Notes: a model not told the origin generated them from the letters alone. DNA of 32,000 nucleotides from Opitutales bacterium (GCA_046881885.1 JBKSMP010000018.1:8861-40860), one strand, 5' to 3'; counted from the stretch's first letter, positions 10,033 to 19,091 are shown. A program made the numbers and translations.

Positions 10033-12210
10033 TTACATAAAATCAATCGGGTCCACATCCCATAAATCAATGATGGAGGATGGCATTTTAAAGTTGTTCC
10101 GGAGGTTTTTTAGCAAGGGGAGAGTTTGCAGAATAGAGGGGGTAAAGAGCAGTAGGTGCATGCGATAAAATCCGTTAATTTTGCTAATAGATGGGGCTAT
10201 AGGTCCTAAAAGCTCAACTGTTGAAGGTAAAGCTTTTTGGAGACAATTTGACCACCTCTGAATAACATATTGCAAAGTAGATTCAGAACGGCTACGGAAA
10301 ATATGGCGAATTATATGGCGAAAAGGTGGATAAGCGTATTGTTTTCGCAATTGATATTCTTGTTCAAGAAAGCTTTGTGCGTCGTATTGAATACCGTAAC
10401 GAATAGACATTGCATCGGGATTAAACGATTGTACAACGACTTCTCCAGAATGCTTAGAACGCCCTGCGCGACCACTCACCTGAACCAGTAACTGAAAGGT
10501 ACGTTCGGAAATACGAAAATCTTCCGGAGTAGCTTGCGCGTCTGCTTGAATAACACCAACAAGTGTAAGGTCAGGAAAATCGAGTCCTTTTGCTAGCATC
10601 TGCGTGCCCACAATAATATCATATCGATGGTCTAAAATCGCTTGATACCAATCCGGATGCTGTTGAATGACATCTGTATCTAGACGTAGGATACGCGCAT
10701 TTTTATAAAATTGCTGCAGGCAGGTTTCAATCCGCTGTGTGCCAAGCCCTCTGCTTAATTTCAACAATGTTTTACAGGTACTACAAACAGTTTGAAAAGG
10801 CTCTTGGTAGTCACACAAATGACAATGTAAGCGATTGTCTTTTTTATGATAAACAAGATTGGTATGACAATGTGGGCAGGCTAAACGTTTTTCACATTTT
10901 GGGCAATACAAGTAAGGAGCATAGCCGCGTCGATTTAGGAATAACAAAATTTGTTCTTTTCGATCCAAGCGTTCGTTTATCTTTTCTCGCAACAAATTAG
11001 ACAGCAAAAATGTACCTTCAAAATTCGGTTTTTCATGACGCATATCAACCAAATGTACTTTCGGCAATACTTGTCCCAAAGGTCTGGTTTTGAGGGTGTG
11101 TAAAAAGTATTTGCCATTATGCGCATTCGTCCAAGATTCCACGGAAGGTGTAGCACTTCCCAAAACACAAACTGATTGCGTAACAAAAGCACGATAAACT
11201 GCCAGATCACGTCCATGATAACGCGGATTCTCAGACTGCTTGTAAGAAGGCTCATGTTCCTCATCAACAATAACGAGTCCTAAGTGTGGTAAGGGAACAA
11301 AAAGCGCGGAACGGGTCCCTAAAAGAACGTCAATATTTCCCGACAATGCTTGCTGCCAAGTACGCAATTTTTCCGTATCGCTTAAACGACTATGCCAAAC
11401 AGCAATACGAATGCCAGAGGCTTGTAAACGGTTTTTAAGCTTCGTAAGCGCTTGCTCAGACAGTGTGATTTCTGGAACCAAATAGAGGGTCTGTTTTTGA
11501 AGTGTTTTGGCTTTTAAAATCAGTGAATGATAAATTTCTGTTTTCCCTGAACCTGTAATTCCCCAAAGCAAATGCGTAGATCCCTGTGGATCCGTTAAAT
11601 GACTCGTTATGGCTTGAAAAACAGCATTTTGTTCATCCGTTAAAGGAAAGGTAGAAGGAGTATCGCCAGCCTTTAGACAAGTTTTTTCGGCTATAAAACG
11701 TTCTACATAACCTTTTTCGATTAAAGTATTTAACGTTTGTGTTTGTTTTGGAAAAACGTCCTTAAAAGATTCTAACGAACTGTTAGGATGCTCTACAATC
11801 CAATTATAAACAGCTTGTTGTTGCTTACTACGTGCACTGAAATTCGGCTGTAATTGGGTTACTCGCAAAGAATAATTCACCGGAAAAGGTTTCCCTTTTC
11901 GAATAAGTGTAGGTAGAGCCGTTTCAAGCGCCGCCAGCGTGGTACAACCATAATACCGTGTAAGCCATTGAATAAGCTTTATTCCGTCTTCATTGACAAT
12001 AGGATTGGGATAAATAGGTTCTAAAATGGGCAAGAATTTAAAGTTAGGATCGGGCGAATCCTCATAAACCTTACTGACTAAACCTAAATGAGGTTTGTTT
12101 TTAATAGAAACACGAACCAAAATTCCTTCTTTAATAGGCTCTTCACTTCGATACACAAGCGCATTGGGAATTCCAGAAAGCGGCAGAACTTCTGCAAACA
12201 ATTCTGTCAT
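10033..12210 (-). CDS. priA: primosomal protein N' (replication restart helicase PriA)
   Basis: Walker A GITGSGKTE, DEEH box, Cys-rich zinc region CPKC...CPHC...CHLC...CSTC, C-terminal helicase lobe. 725 aa. Confidence 0.93.
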   Translation of the reverse strand: MTELFAEVLPLSGIPNALVYRSEEPIKEGILVRVSIKNKPHLGLVSKVYEDSPDPNFKFLPILEPIYPNPIVNEDGIKLIQWLTRYYGCTTLAALETALPTLIRKGKPFPVNYSLRVTQLQPNFSARSKQQQAVYNWIVEHPNSSLESFKDVFPKQTQTLNTLIEKGYVERFIAEKTCLKAGDTPSTFPLTDEQNAVFQAITSHLTDPQGSTHLLWGITGSGKTEIYHSLILKAKTLQKQTLYLVPEITLSEQALTKLKNRLQASGIRIAVWHSRLSDTEKLRTWQQALSGNIDVLLGTRSALFVPLPHLGLVIVDEEHEPSYKQSENPRYHGRDLAVYRAFVTQSVCVLGSATPSVESWTNAHNGKYFLHTLKTRPLGQVLPKVHLVDMRHEKPNFEGTFLLSNLLREKINERLDRKEQILLFLNRRGYAPYLYCPKCEKRLACPHCHTNLVYHKKDNRLHCHLCDYQEPFQTVCSTCKTLLKLSRGLGTQRIETCLQQFYKNARILRLDTDVIQQHPDWYQAILDHRYDIIVGTQMLAKGLDFPDLTLVGVIQADAQATPEDFRISERTFQLLVQVSGRAGRSKHSGEVVVQSFNPDAMSIRYGIQYDAQSFLEQEYQLRKQYAYPPFRHIIRHIFRSRSESTLQYVIQRWSNCLQKALPSTVELLGPIAPSISKINGFYRMHLLLFTPSILQTLPLLKNLRNNFKMPSSIIDLWDVDPIDFM

Positions 12211-12213
12211 TTC

Positions 12214-12696
12214 TTACCAAGCAAAACTTTTTTGTGTTGCTAAAATCGCACCTTGTAGATCCAGCAATTCAACCTGCCAAGCAATAACGTTCGTAGATGA
12301 AGAAAATTGTGGATGATCCGTAATACCTAAAATAAGCTCGTTTTGGAGAATTAAAGAATGTGAAACTTCTGGAATTTCCCACTCATAGCTAACTTCTTGT
12401 AGTGCATGCTGCGTAATAAAAGAAACACGTATTTTCGAGTGTGGCTGAATTAAAGACAAAGCATGGTTGAATTTTACCGTAAGATAAAAACCTGCACGTT
12501 GCTCTTCATTGGTTCGTAAGATACAACGTCCCCCCTTAGATTCTCGCTTCGAAAAAGCTTCTACAATCCCCTTAAAACTATCTTCCGTACGATAAGTTGC
12601 CGATAAGGTATCAATGCTAAACTTTTTTTTGGGTATATGTTGACAACCTGCCAAAAGCGTAAAAAAACATAAAACAATAAATCCTGCGTTCTTCAT
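12214..12696 (-). CDS. hypothetical lipoprotein
   Basis: MKNAGFIVLCFFTLLAGCQH is a signal peptide with an LLAGC lipobox. The stop lies 3 nt before the priA start. No family recognised. Confidence 0.7.
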   Translation of the reverse strand: MKNAGFIVLCFFTLLAGCQHIPKKKFSIDTLSATYRTEDSFKGIVEAFSKRESKGGRCILRTNEEQRAGFYLTVKFNHALSLIQPHSKIRVSFITQHALQEVSYEWEIPEVSHSLILQNELILGITDHPQFSSSTNVIAWQVELLDLQGAILATQKSFAW

Positions 12697-12701
12697 AAAA
12701 A

Positions 12702-12776
12702 TGGCGCCCGCACCCAGACTCGAACTGGGATTAACGGTTTAGGAAACCGCGGTTCTATCCCTTGAACTATGAGGGC
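12702..12776 (-). tRNA. tRNA-Arg (anticodon CCU), CCA encoded
   Basis: Minus-strand read GCCCTCATAGTTCAAGGGATAGAACCGCGGTTTCCTAAACCGTTAATCCCAGTTCGAGTCTGGGTGCGGGCGCCA. Anticodon loop TT-CCT-AA, GTTCGAGTC T-loop. There is one U-C mismatch in the acceptor stem. Confidence 0.85.
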
Positions 12777-12834
12777 TCACTCTATAAACTGCCATGTTTT
12801 TACCCTCAACACAACTCTTTTCTCTAATAAAATT

Positions 12835-13187
12835 TGTATTTACGGCGTATAAGCCAGATTCTGTACAATAAATGCCGCATTCATTTATCTAACAATTTTC
12901 ATTGTTCTCTTACGAGTGCGACGAACCCGAAGTTATCGAGCGGGCCACTCAACTCCCTATTTCGTCTTGCACCGGATTGGGTTTATCCTGCCATAAACAT
13001 CACTGTTTGCGCGGTGAGCTCTTACCTCGCCTTTTCACCCTTACCACTTTTGTGGCGGTTTGTTTTCTGTGACACTAGCCATCCAAGTTTTACCTTGTCC
13101 CTTGCTTTCACGAGGAATCCTGCCCTATGGTGTCCGGACTTTCCTCTCTAAGCCTTTAACTCAGAGCGAATGCGCCGCCGTAAATAC
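12835..13187 (-). ncRNA. rnpB: RNase P RNA, bacterial type A
   Basis: The minus strand carries the universal blocks GAGGAAAGTCCGGACACCATAGGGCAGGAT, ACAGAAAACAAACCGCC, GGTAAGGGTGAAAAGGCGAGGTAAGAGCTCACCGCG, CCGGTGCAAGACGAAATAGGGAG and TAGATAAATGAATG...ACAGAATCTGGCTTATACGCCG. The P1 stem forms from GTATTTACGGCG (5') and CGCCGTAAATAC (3'). Ends are approximate (+/-5 nt). Confidence 0.95.
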
Positions 13188-13261
13188 ATAATCAACAAAC
13201 AAATTATAGTTTACAATTGCAATTCAAAAATAAACAAATTTGTAAACTTTTAAACAAATTG

Positions 13262-13299
13262 AAAAACCTACAAACAATAAATCTACCCTAGGGTAGATT
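13262..13299 (-). terminator. putative intrinsic terminator after tRNA-Asp (perfect 20-bp palindrome plus T-rich tail)
   Basis: AATCTACCCTAGGGTAGATT (13280-13299) is a perfect palindrome. On the minus strand it is followed by TATTGTTTGTAGGTTTTT. Confidence 0.45.
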
Positions 13300-13327
13300 C
13301 AATGAAACTCAAAAGGTATTATGAAAA

Positions 13328-13404
13328 TGGCGGGATGAACGAGACTCGAACTCGCGACCTCCTGCGTGACAGGCAGGCGTTCTAACCAGCTGAACTACCA
13401 CCCC
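13328..13404 (-). tRNA. tRNA-Asp (anticodon GUC), CCA encoded
   Basis: Minus-strand read GGGGTGGTAGTTCAGCTGGTTAGAACGCCTGCCTGTCACGCAGGAGGTCGCGAGTTCGAGTCTCGTTCATCCCGCCA. Anticodon loop CT-GTC-AC; acceptor stem pairs with two G-U. Confidence 0.92.
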
Positions 13405-13418
13405 GCGTTACGATTAAA

Positions 13419-13448
13419 ATAATGAAAAATAATTATCACTCCTGTCAA
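13419..13448 (-). promoter_or_regulatory. putative sigma70-type promoter for tRNA-Asp
   Basis: Minus strand TTGACA (13448-13443), 18-nt spacer, CATTAT (13424-13419). The tRNA 5' end lies 14 nt downstream of the -10. Confidence 0.4.
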
Positions 13449-13547
13449 CTCTTTTTTTACTAAATCTATAAAATTAAGTTCCCCCTTACACCTCAAAAAA
13501 TAAAACTACCCAATTATTTAAATTCAATAAAAGAACTTAGTTTTCCA

Positions 13548-14531
13548 CTACTTCTTCCGAAAACCCTTATCGATTGCTATGGTTCGGCCAATACTTGCAA
13601 ACATGGCTTCCAGTTGCTTTCTTACATCAGCTTCATCATCATTTACACCAGCTTTATTCGGATAAATTTCGTACTTTTTACGACAATCGATTGTTGAAAC
13701 ATTTGGCATGACAACATTGGCACCGCTTTGCAAAGCAATAAGTCTGCCATTTGGAATGATTGTTTCCATAGCAGTTGTTGCAGGAATATTGATCGTTGGA
13801 AGGTTTATTCTTGTTAGCGCCATAACCTTTAGTGCAAGCCAAAAATCTCCTAGCTTTTCATCTTTTAAAGGTGTTTGGGCATGCGGAATGAAGGGCCCTA
13901 CTCCAATCATATCTGCATCTAATGCCTTAAAGAACAAGATATCATCTGCCAAGGATTCTAATGTTTGTCCTGGAAGCCCTACAAGGCAACCCGTACCGAC
14001 TTCATACCCAAGGGTCTTCAAATCCTGAAGACAACGAACACGATTGTCAAAACTTGCATGAGGATGCATACTTTCATACAAATGCCTATCTGTTGTTTCG
14101 ATTCTTAGAAGAAATCGATCTGCACCCGCCTCACGATAAGCTTTATAGTCCTCAAAAGTTTTTTCACCAATACTCAGTGTTACAGCAACATCAAAGGCTT
14201 TTATTTCGCGGATAATATCACATAATTTATCGGAATAGTAATTGTCATCCTCGCCGGATTGAAGCACAATCGTCCGATAACCGAGATCAACAGCTTTTTT
14301 CGCCAAAGCCAAAATAGCTTCTTTTTCCAGTCGGTACCGTTCTGTTGTTGTATTCCCAGCACGAATTCCACAATATTTACAATGGCGCTTACAAATATTC
14401 GAAAACTCAATTAAAGCGCGTAAATGGATTGCATCTCCTACTCTTTCCCGACGTACCCTATCGGCTTCTTTAAAAAGCCAATTATTTTGGGAATTATCTC
14501 GTAAAAAAGCTATTATTTCTTGCTTATTCAT
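13548..14531 (-). CDS. hydE: [FeFe]-hydrogenase H-cluster radical SAM maturase HydE
   Basis: Radical-SAM motif CKRHCKYCGIR and a BioB-like body, located last in a hydG-hydF-hydE order. The ATG at 14531 (MNKQEII...) overlaps the hydF stop by 8 nt. The track start at 14543 is TTG. Confidence 0.86.
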   Translation of the reverse strand: MNKQEIIAFLRDNSQNNWLFKEADRVRRERVGDAIHLRALIEFSNICKRHCKYCGIRAGNTTTERYRLEKEAILALAKKAVDLGYRTIVLQSGEDDNYYSDKLCDIIREIKAFDVAVTLSIGEKTFEDYKAYREAGADRFLLRIETTDRHLYESMHPHASFDNRVRCLQDLKTLGYEVGTGCLVGLPGQTLESLADDILFFKALDADMIGVGPFIPHAQTPLKDEKLGDFWLALKVMALTRINLPTINIPATTAMETIIPNGRLIALQSGANVVMPNVSTIDCRKKYEIYPNKAGVNDDEADVRKQLEAMFASIGRTIAIDKGFRKK

Positions 14532-15732
14532 TAGAAGTCCCAAAAAGATTATTAAACCTATCCTTATAAATTTCCATCGAACGTTTTAATATTCCATTCA
14601 TGTAGGCAATTGCCATACCATAATTAACGATAGGAACATTCTGTTCGATAGCCCTATTGAAACGCGACCGTATTTCCGCTTCATTAGACATGCATCCTCC
14701 ACAATGAACAATAAGCGCATAATCGCTCAAGTCTTGTGGAAATTCACTCCCTTGCGTAAACTCAAAACTAAGTTCCTTTCCCGTAAATTGCTTGATCCAT
14801 TTTGGTAATTTTACGGTTCCAATATCATTGCATTGTCTATGATGGGTACAACTCTCGGAAATTAAAATTCTATCCCCATTTTTTAACGCAGAGAGTTTGC
14901 TAGCCCCTGCTAATAATAAATCTAACTCTCCTTTATAATTAGCCATCAAAATGGAAAAAGATGTTAAAATCATTGTCTCAGGAACCACATCTTTGACCTT
15001 ATTAAAAACTTGGGAATCGGTAATGACAAACTTTGGGGTAAGGGCCTTTAAAACCTGAGGAAGTTCATCTGGCTGACAACAAATAGCAATTGCTTGCGCA
15101 TCTAAGATCTCTCTCAAAATGTTTTGTTGCGGCAAAATGATTCTTCCTTTAGGAGCAGATTCATCAATGGGAATAACCATAACAATCGTATCACCAGCAT
15201 TAAGTTTATCCTTAATAATAAACTTTTCTTGTTTGCTTTCTTGTATGATATGCCCAAGTTTTTCTTTTAAGGCATGAACCCCCTCCCCTGTCAAAGCACT
15301 AACAATTAAGGCTTCAGGTCTGGATAAGGAAAAACTACCTGAATTGATATCAGATTTGTTATAAACAACAATATAAGGAAGCTTTCTTTTTTCAAATTCC
15401 GCTCTAAATTCTTTATCAGAATCAGTTTCCCCTATAGTTGAATCCACAACTAAAACAGCAATATCTGTTTTGTCCAGAATTTGTTTCGTTTTCTCAATTC
15501 GGAGTCTACCTAATTCCCCCACATCATTTACGCCTGCGGTATCAATGATTACGACAGGCCCAAGCGGAAGAATTTCCATCGACTTCAAAACAGGGTCCGT
15601 AGTGGTACCTTTAATATCCGATACAACCGACAATTGCTGATTTGTAATAGCGTTAACCAACGAAGATTTACCGCTATTGGTGCAACCAAAAAAGGAAATA
15701 TGCGGCCTTTCTGATTTAAGAACGTGTTGCAT
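14524..15732 (-). CDS. hydF: [FeFe]-hydrogenase H-cluster maturation GTPase HydF
   Basis: N-terminal P-loop GCTNSGKSSLVNA, DTAG, NKSD. C-terminal FeS-binding pattern SCTHH...HCGGC. Confidence 0.88.
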   Translation of the reverse strand: MQHVLKSERPHISFFGCTNSGKSSLVNAITNQQLSVVSDIKGTTTDPVLKSMEILPLGPVVIIDTAGVNDVGELGRLRIEKTKQILDKTDIAVLVVDSTIGETDSDKEFRAEFEKRKLPYIVVYNKSDINSGSFSLSRPEALIVSALTGEGVHALKEKLGHIIQESKQEKFIIKDKLNAGDTIVMVIPIDESAPKGRIILPQQNILREILDAQAIAICCQPDELPQVLKALTPKFVITDSQVFNKVKDVVPETMILTSFSILMANYKGELDLLLAGASKLSALKNGDRILISESCTHHRQCNDIGTVKLPKWIKQFTGKELSFEFTQGSEFPQDLSDYALIVHCGGCMSNEAEIRSRFNRAIEQNVPIVNYGMAIAYMNGILKRSMEIYKDRFNNLFGTSNE

Positions 15733-15771
15733 GCTTACTACCCTACTTTATGTTTCCTTATCCAGCAAGAA

Positions 15772-17211
15772 TTAATAACGAAAATCGCGATTGCCAGCCT
15801 CAATCGCAACCAGCTTTTTAGCTAAACTGGCTTTCAAATTTTCATTAGGAATTTTAGCCAATTCTTTTTGAATGAACGGTTCACCAATTTTTCTTGTTTC
15901 TTCGGATGCATAATCCACTAAAAACTCTTTCAAAGTAATAAGCGCATTCGGCTGACAGCAGTTCTGAATAAGCCCGGTCTTACAGAGTGACATAAAACGT
16001 TCCCCTGTCCTTCCTTCACGATAACAAGCTGTACAGAAGGAAGGAATTTTGCCAAGCTGCATCAACCATCTAATCACTTCGTCCAAAGTTCTTTGATCGG
16101 ATACATCAAATTGTTCGGTATCACACGGTCTTTCTTTTTCCGTATAGCCACCAACAGATGTTCTAGAAGCACCTGAAATTTGAGAAACACCTAATTGCAA
16201 TAATCTTTCACGAACACTTTGAGATTCTCGCGTTGAAATGATAATACCCGTGTAAGGAACAGCAATTCTGATTAAAGCAACAATTTTGGCAAAGGTTTCG
16301 TCATCGATTCCATTCGAAAATTGCTTAGCATCAATATCATCGGCATTTTTAATTCTTGGAACCGAGATCGTATGAGGACCCACACCATGAACAGCTTCCA
16401 AGTGTTCCGCATGCATTAAAAGACCCGCAAATTCGTATTTATAACGTTCTAGACCAAACAAAACACCCAATCCAACGTCATCAATACCACCTTCCATCGC
16501 TCTATCCATCGCTTCCGTATGATAAGCGTAATGGTGTTTAGGACCTTTTGGATGCAACTTTTCGTAAGACTCTTTATGGTAGGTTTCTTGGAATAAAATA
16601 TAAGTCCCAATCTCTGCTTCTTTTAATTTTCTATAGTTTTCAACCGTCGTTGCAGCAATATTTACGTTTACACGACGAATAGCACCATTCTTATGCTTGA
16701 TCGAATAAATAGTCTTAATACATTCCAAAATGTATTCAATTGGATTATTAACGGGATCTTCACCTGATTCAATCGCCAATCGTTTGTGCCCCATATCCTG
16801 AAGAGCAATTACCTCGCGTGCAACTTCTTCCTGAGTAAGTTTTTTTCTTGGAATACTCTTATTTTGATAGTGATACGGACAATAAACACAACCATTAACA
16901 CAATAATTTGAGAGATAAAGAGGAGCAAAAATTACAATTCGATCACCATAAAAGGCTTCTTTTATTTCTTCAGCGAGCGCATAAATCTTATCTGTAACTT
17001 CTTTACTATTATTAGCTAAAAGAACACTTGCTTCCTCATGTGTAAGGCCTGTACAATGGGTTTCATTGCCTTTTCTAACAGGACGAGCTTTCTCTAAGAT
17101 TTTGTTGATTAAATCCAGATTATCTTTGTTTTTTTCAGCATAGTCTAAAGTTCTAAGAATTTCTTCGTGATTAATAAATTCTTCTGCCTTTAGTGATTTC
17201 TTATCATACAT
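15772..17211 (-). CDS. hydG: [FeFe]-hydrogenase H-cluster radical SAM maturase HydG (tyrosine lyase)
   Basis: Radical-SAM motif CVNGCVYCPY, ThiH-like core, C-terminal auxiliary cluster region SFCTACYREGRTGERFMSLC...CC. AAGGAGG lies 12 nt upstream of the ATG. Confidence 0.92.
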   Translation of the reverse strand: MYDKKSLKAEEFINHEEILRTLDYAEKNKDNLDLINKILEKARPVRKGNETHCTGLTHEEASVLLANNSKEVTDKIYALAEEIKEAFYGDRIVIFAPLYLSNYCVNGCVYCPYHYQNKSIPRKKLTQEEVAREVIALQDMGHKRLAIESGEDPVNNPIEYILECIKTIYSIKHKNGAIRRVNVNIAATTVENYRKLKEAEIGTYILFQETYHKESYEKLHPKGPKHHYAYHTEAMDRAMEGGIDDVGLGVLFGLERYKYEFAGLLMHAEHLEAVHGVGPHTISVPRIKNADDIDAKQFSNGIDDETFAKIVALIRIAVPYTGIIISTRESQSVRERLLQLGVSQISGASRTSVGGYTEKERPCDTEQFDVSDQRTLDEVIRWLMQLGKIPSFCTACYREGRTGERFMSLCKTGLIQNCCQPNALITLKEFLVDYASEETRKIGEPFIQKELAKIPNENLKASLAKKLVAIEAGNRDFRY

Positions 17212-17351
17212 AGTAATAATTGACCTCCTTGTCTTAAATAAATTTCATTAAATAAATGTTTACACTGTTAAAAAAAACACTGTAACCGCACCAAAGTTGT
17301 AAAGAGGCAATCAACAAAAATCAAGCATATTTTAATTTAAATTAAAACAAA

Positions 17352-17837
17352 CTAATTTTCTTCGTTTTTTACCCAAGATTGAACTTCGAAAGCATCTGTC
17401 TGTTTTAAAATCGAATTCAACTTAAAGTAAGATTCGAATGATGGGAAAAACGCATCTCCTTCTATTGTCTGCGGAATAATAGACAAAATAAGCTCATCAC
17501 AAATCGGCAACAATTGCTCATAAACGTGCGCACCACCACATACCCATACCGTTCCCCCTAAACCATAAAGCTCTTCAGGCGAATGAATGACCTCTACTCC
17601 TTGAAAACTTACGTGATTTCTGGTAAGCACATACGTCTTGCGTTGTGGTAAAGGACGACATCCCATCGACTCAAAGGTTTTGCGGCCCATAAGCAAGGTT
17701 TGATTTAAGGTAACTTGCTTAAACCACTTCAATTCTTCAGGAATATGCCAAGGCAATTGCTGCCGACAACCAATAACACGGTTGATGGACATCGCCGCAA
17801 TCGCCTTGAAAGAAGTTTTTTTATCAGACAGCAACAT
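17352..17837 (-). CDS. folA: dihydrofolate reductase
   Basis: [49 protein letters not shown]. The ATG at 17837 (MLLSDKK...) overlaps the thyA stop by 14 nt. The longer track ORF would run 80 nt into thyA. Confidence 0.88.
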   Translation of the reverse strand: MLLSDKKTSFKAIAAMSINRVIGCRQQLPWHIPEELKWFKQVTLNQTLLMGRKTFESMGCRPLPQRKTYVLTRNHVSFQGVEVIHSPEELYGLGGTVWVCGGAHVYEQLLPICDELILSIIPQTIEGDAFFPSFESYFKLNSILKQTDAFEVQSWVKNEEN

Positions 17838-18621
17838 CCGCTTTAATCGTTGGATAAGGGTCGTAATCGTTGATCGTAAACGACTCAAAGGTAAAATCAT
17901 CAATCGACTTTATCGTACTATCTAATTGCAAGGTAGGCAATTCTTTAGGTTCACGAGAAAGTTGTAATTCTACTTGTTCACGATGATTATTGTAAATATG
18001 GGCATCACCTAAAGTATGTACAAACGTGCCTGGTTTCAATCCGCAAACTTGGGCAACCATATAAGTCAGTAATGAATAAGATGCAATATTGAAAGGAACC
18101 CCTAAAAATAAGTCACCACTGCGTTGATAGAGTTGACAACTTAAAGTACCCTTCGTACTAACATAAAATTGGAAAAAGGAATGACAAGGGGGTAAAGCCA
18201 TTTTGTCAATCTCGCCGACATTCCAAGCAGAAACGATATGTCTCCGACCAAAAGGATTAGTTTTTATCCCTTCTATGAGTTGTTTAATTTGGTCAACAAC
18301 ACGTCCATCGGCACATTTCCAATGGCGCCATTGAGCTCCATAAACAGGCCCTAAATTACCTTCCGCATCTGCCCATTCATTCCAAATACGAACCCCATGA
18401 TCTTGTAAATATTGAATATTGGTTTCACCTTTTAAAAACCAAAGAAGTTCGTAGGCAATAGACTTAAAATGTACTTTTTTGGTTGTAAGCAAAGGGAATT
18501 TTTCTGAAATATCGACACGGATTTGCGTACCAAATATGCTCGTTGTACCGACGCCTGTACGGTCTATCCGTTCCTCCCCTTCATTCAAAACTTTTCTAAG
18601 AAGATCTAAATAAACTTTCAT
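17824..18621 (-). CDS. thyA: thymidylate synthase (ThyA type)
   Basis: [44 protein letters not shown] (catalytic Cys), [16 protein letters not shown]. 265 aa. Confidence 0.95.
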   Translation of the reverse strand: MKVYLDLLRKVLNEGEERIDRTGVGTTSIFGTQIRVDISEKFPLLTTKKVHFKSIAYELLWFLKGETNIQYLQDHGVRIWNEWADAEGNLGPVYGAQWRHWKCADGRVVDQIKQLIEGIKTNPFGRRHIVSAWNVGEIDKMALPPCHSFFQFYVSTKGTLSCQLYQRSGDLFLGVPFNIASYSLLTYMVAQVCGLKPGTFVHTLGDAHIYNNHREQVELQLSREPKELPTLQLDSTIKSIDDFTFESFTINDYDPYPTIKADVAV

Positions 18622-18623
18622 CG

Positions 18624-19091
18624 TTATAATCCAAAAGCTTTTTTCTGCGAAAGTTCGCTGAGTTGTTGTTGCAATAAGGCTTGAAATTGCGCAATGTCTG
18701 CTTGCGAAGGTTTATAGCCTTCTTGCTCGGGCTTCAGCGATATACGACCGAATTGATCCAACCCCCAAGAAGCTGATTGCTCATCCGAAAAACGCACATT
18801 TCCATTAAAAATCATTCCAGGACGCGTAACCGGATCAACTTGTACCTGTACACCATCATCACTTGGTACTGCAGGCTTTGAATCGGCTTGGTCACCTTCT
18901 GCATCAACTTGCGTCTCTTTTTTCTTCAATTCTAATTGAAGATCATCTAATAAAAAACGTACTTCTAAATAGGTCAAATGGGTGTTAAAACTCGCATTAA
19001 TTTTTGTCTGCAATTCACTCACCGATTGAATCTCTGAGACCCACTGTTGTAATTGCTGCACTTGTTCTTCTGAAAAATCTTTGTAATTCAT
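18624..19091 (-). CDS. hypothetical protein coupled to dnaA and thyA
   Basis: 155 aa. Its ATG overlaps the dnaA stop (ATGA at 19088-19091) and its stop lies 2 nt before the thyA ATG. Helical Gln/Leu-rich N-terminus, acidic linker, C-terminal domain. No family recognised. Confidence 0.6.
   Translation of the reverse strand: MNYKDFSEEQVQQLQQWVSEIQSVSELQTKINASFNTHLTYLEVRFLLDDLQLELKKKETQVDAEGDQADSKPAVPSDDGVQVQVDPVTRPGMIFNGNVRFSDEQSASWGLDQFGRISLKPEQEGYKPSQADIAQFQALLQQQLSELSQKKAFGL

Noticed and set aside
12834-13151. 105-aa plus-strand ORF in the ORF track
   Set aside because: It is the antisense strand of the RNase P RNA gene. All universal rnpB blocks are present on the minus strand, so the ORF is an artefact.
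13548-17211. Hydrogenase structural gene hidden among the hyd genes or nearby ORFs
   Set aside because: No ORF in the window carries H-cluster or ferredoxin-like Cys motifs apart from the three maturases. hydA is simply not in this window.
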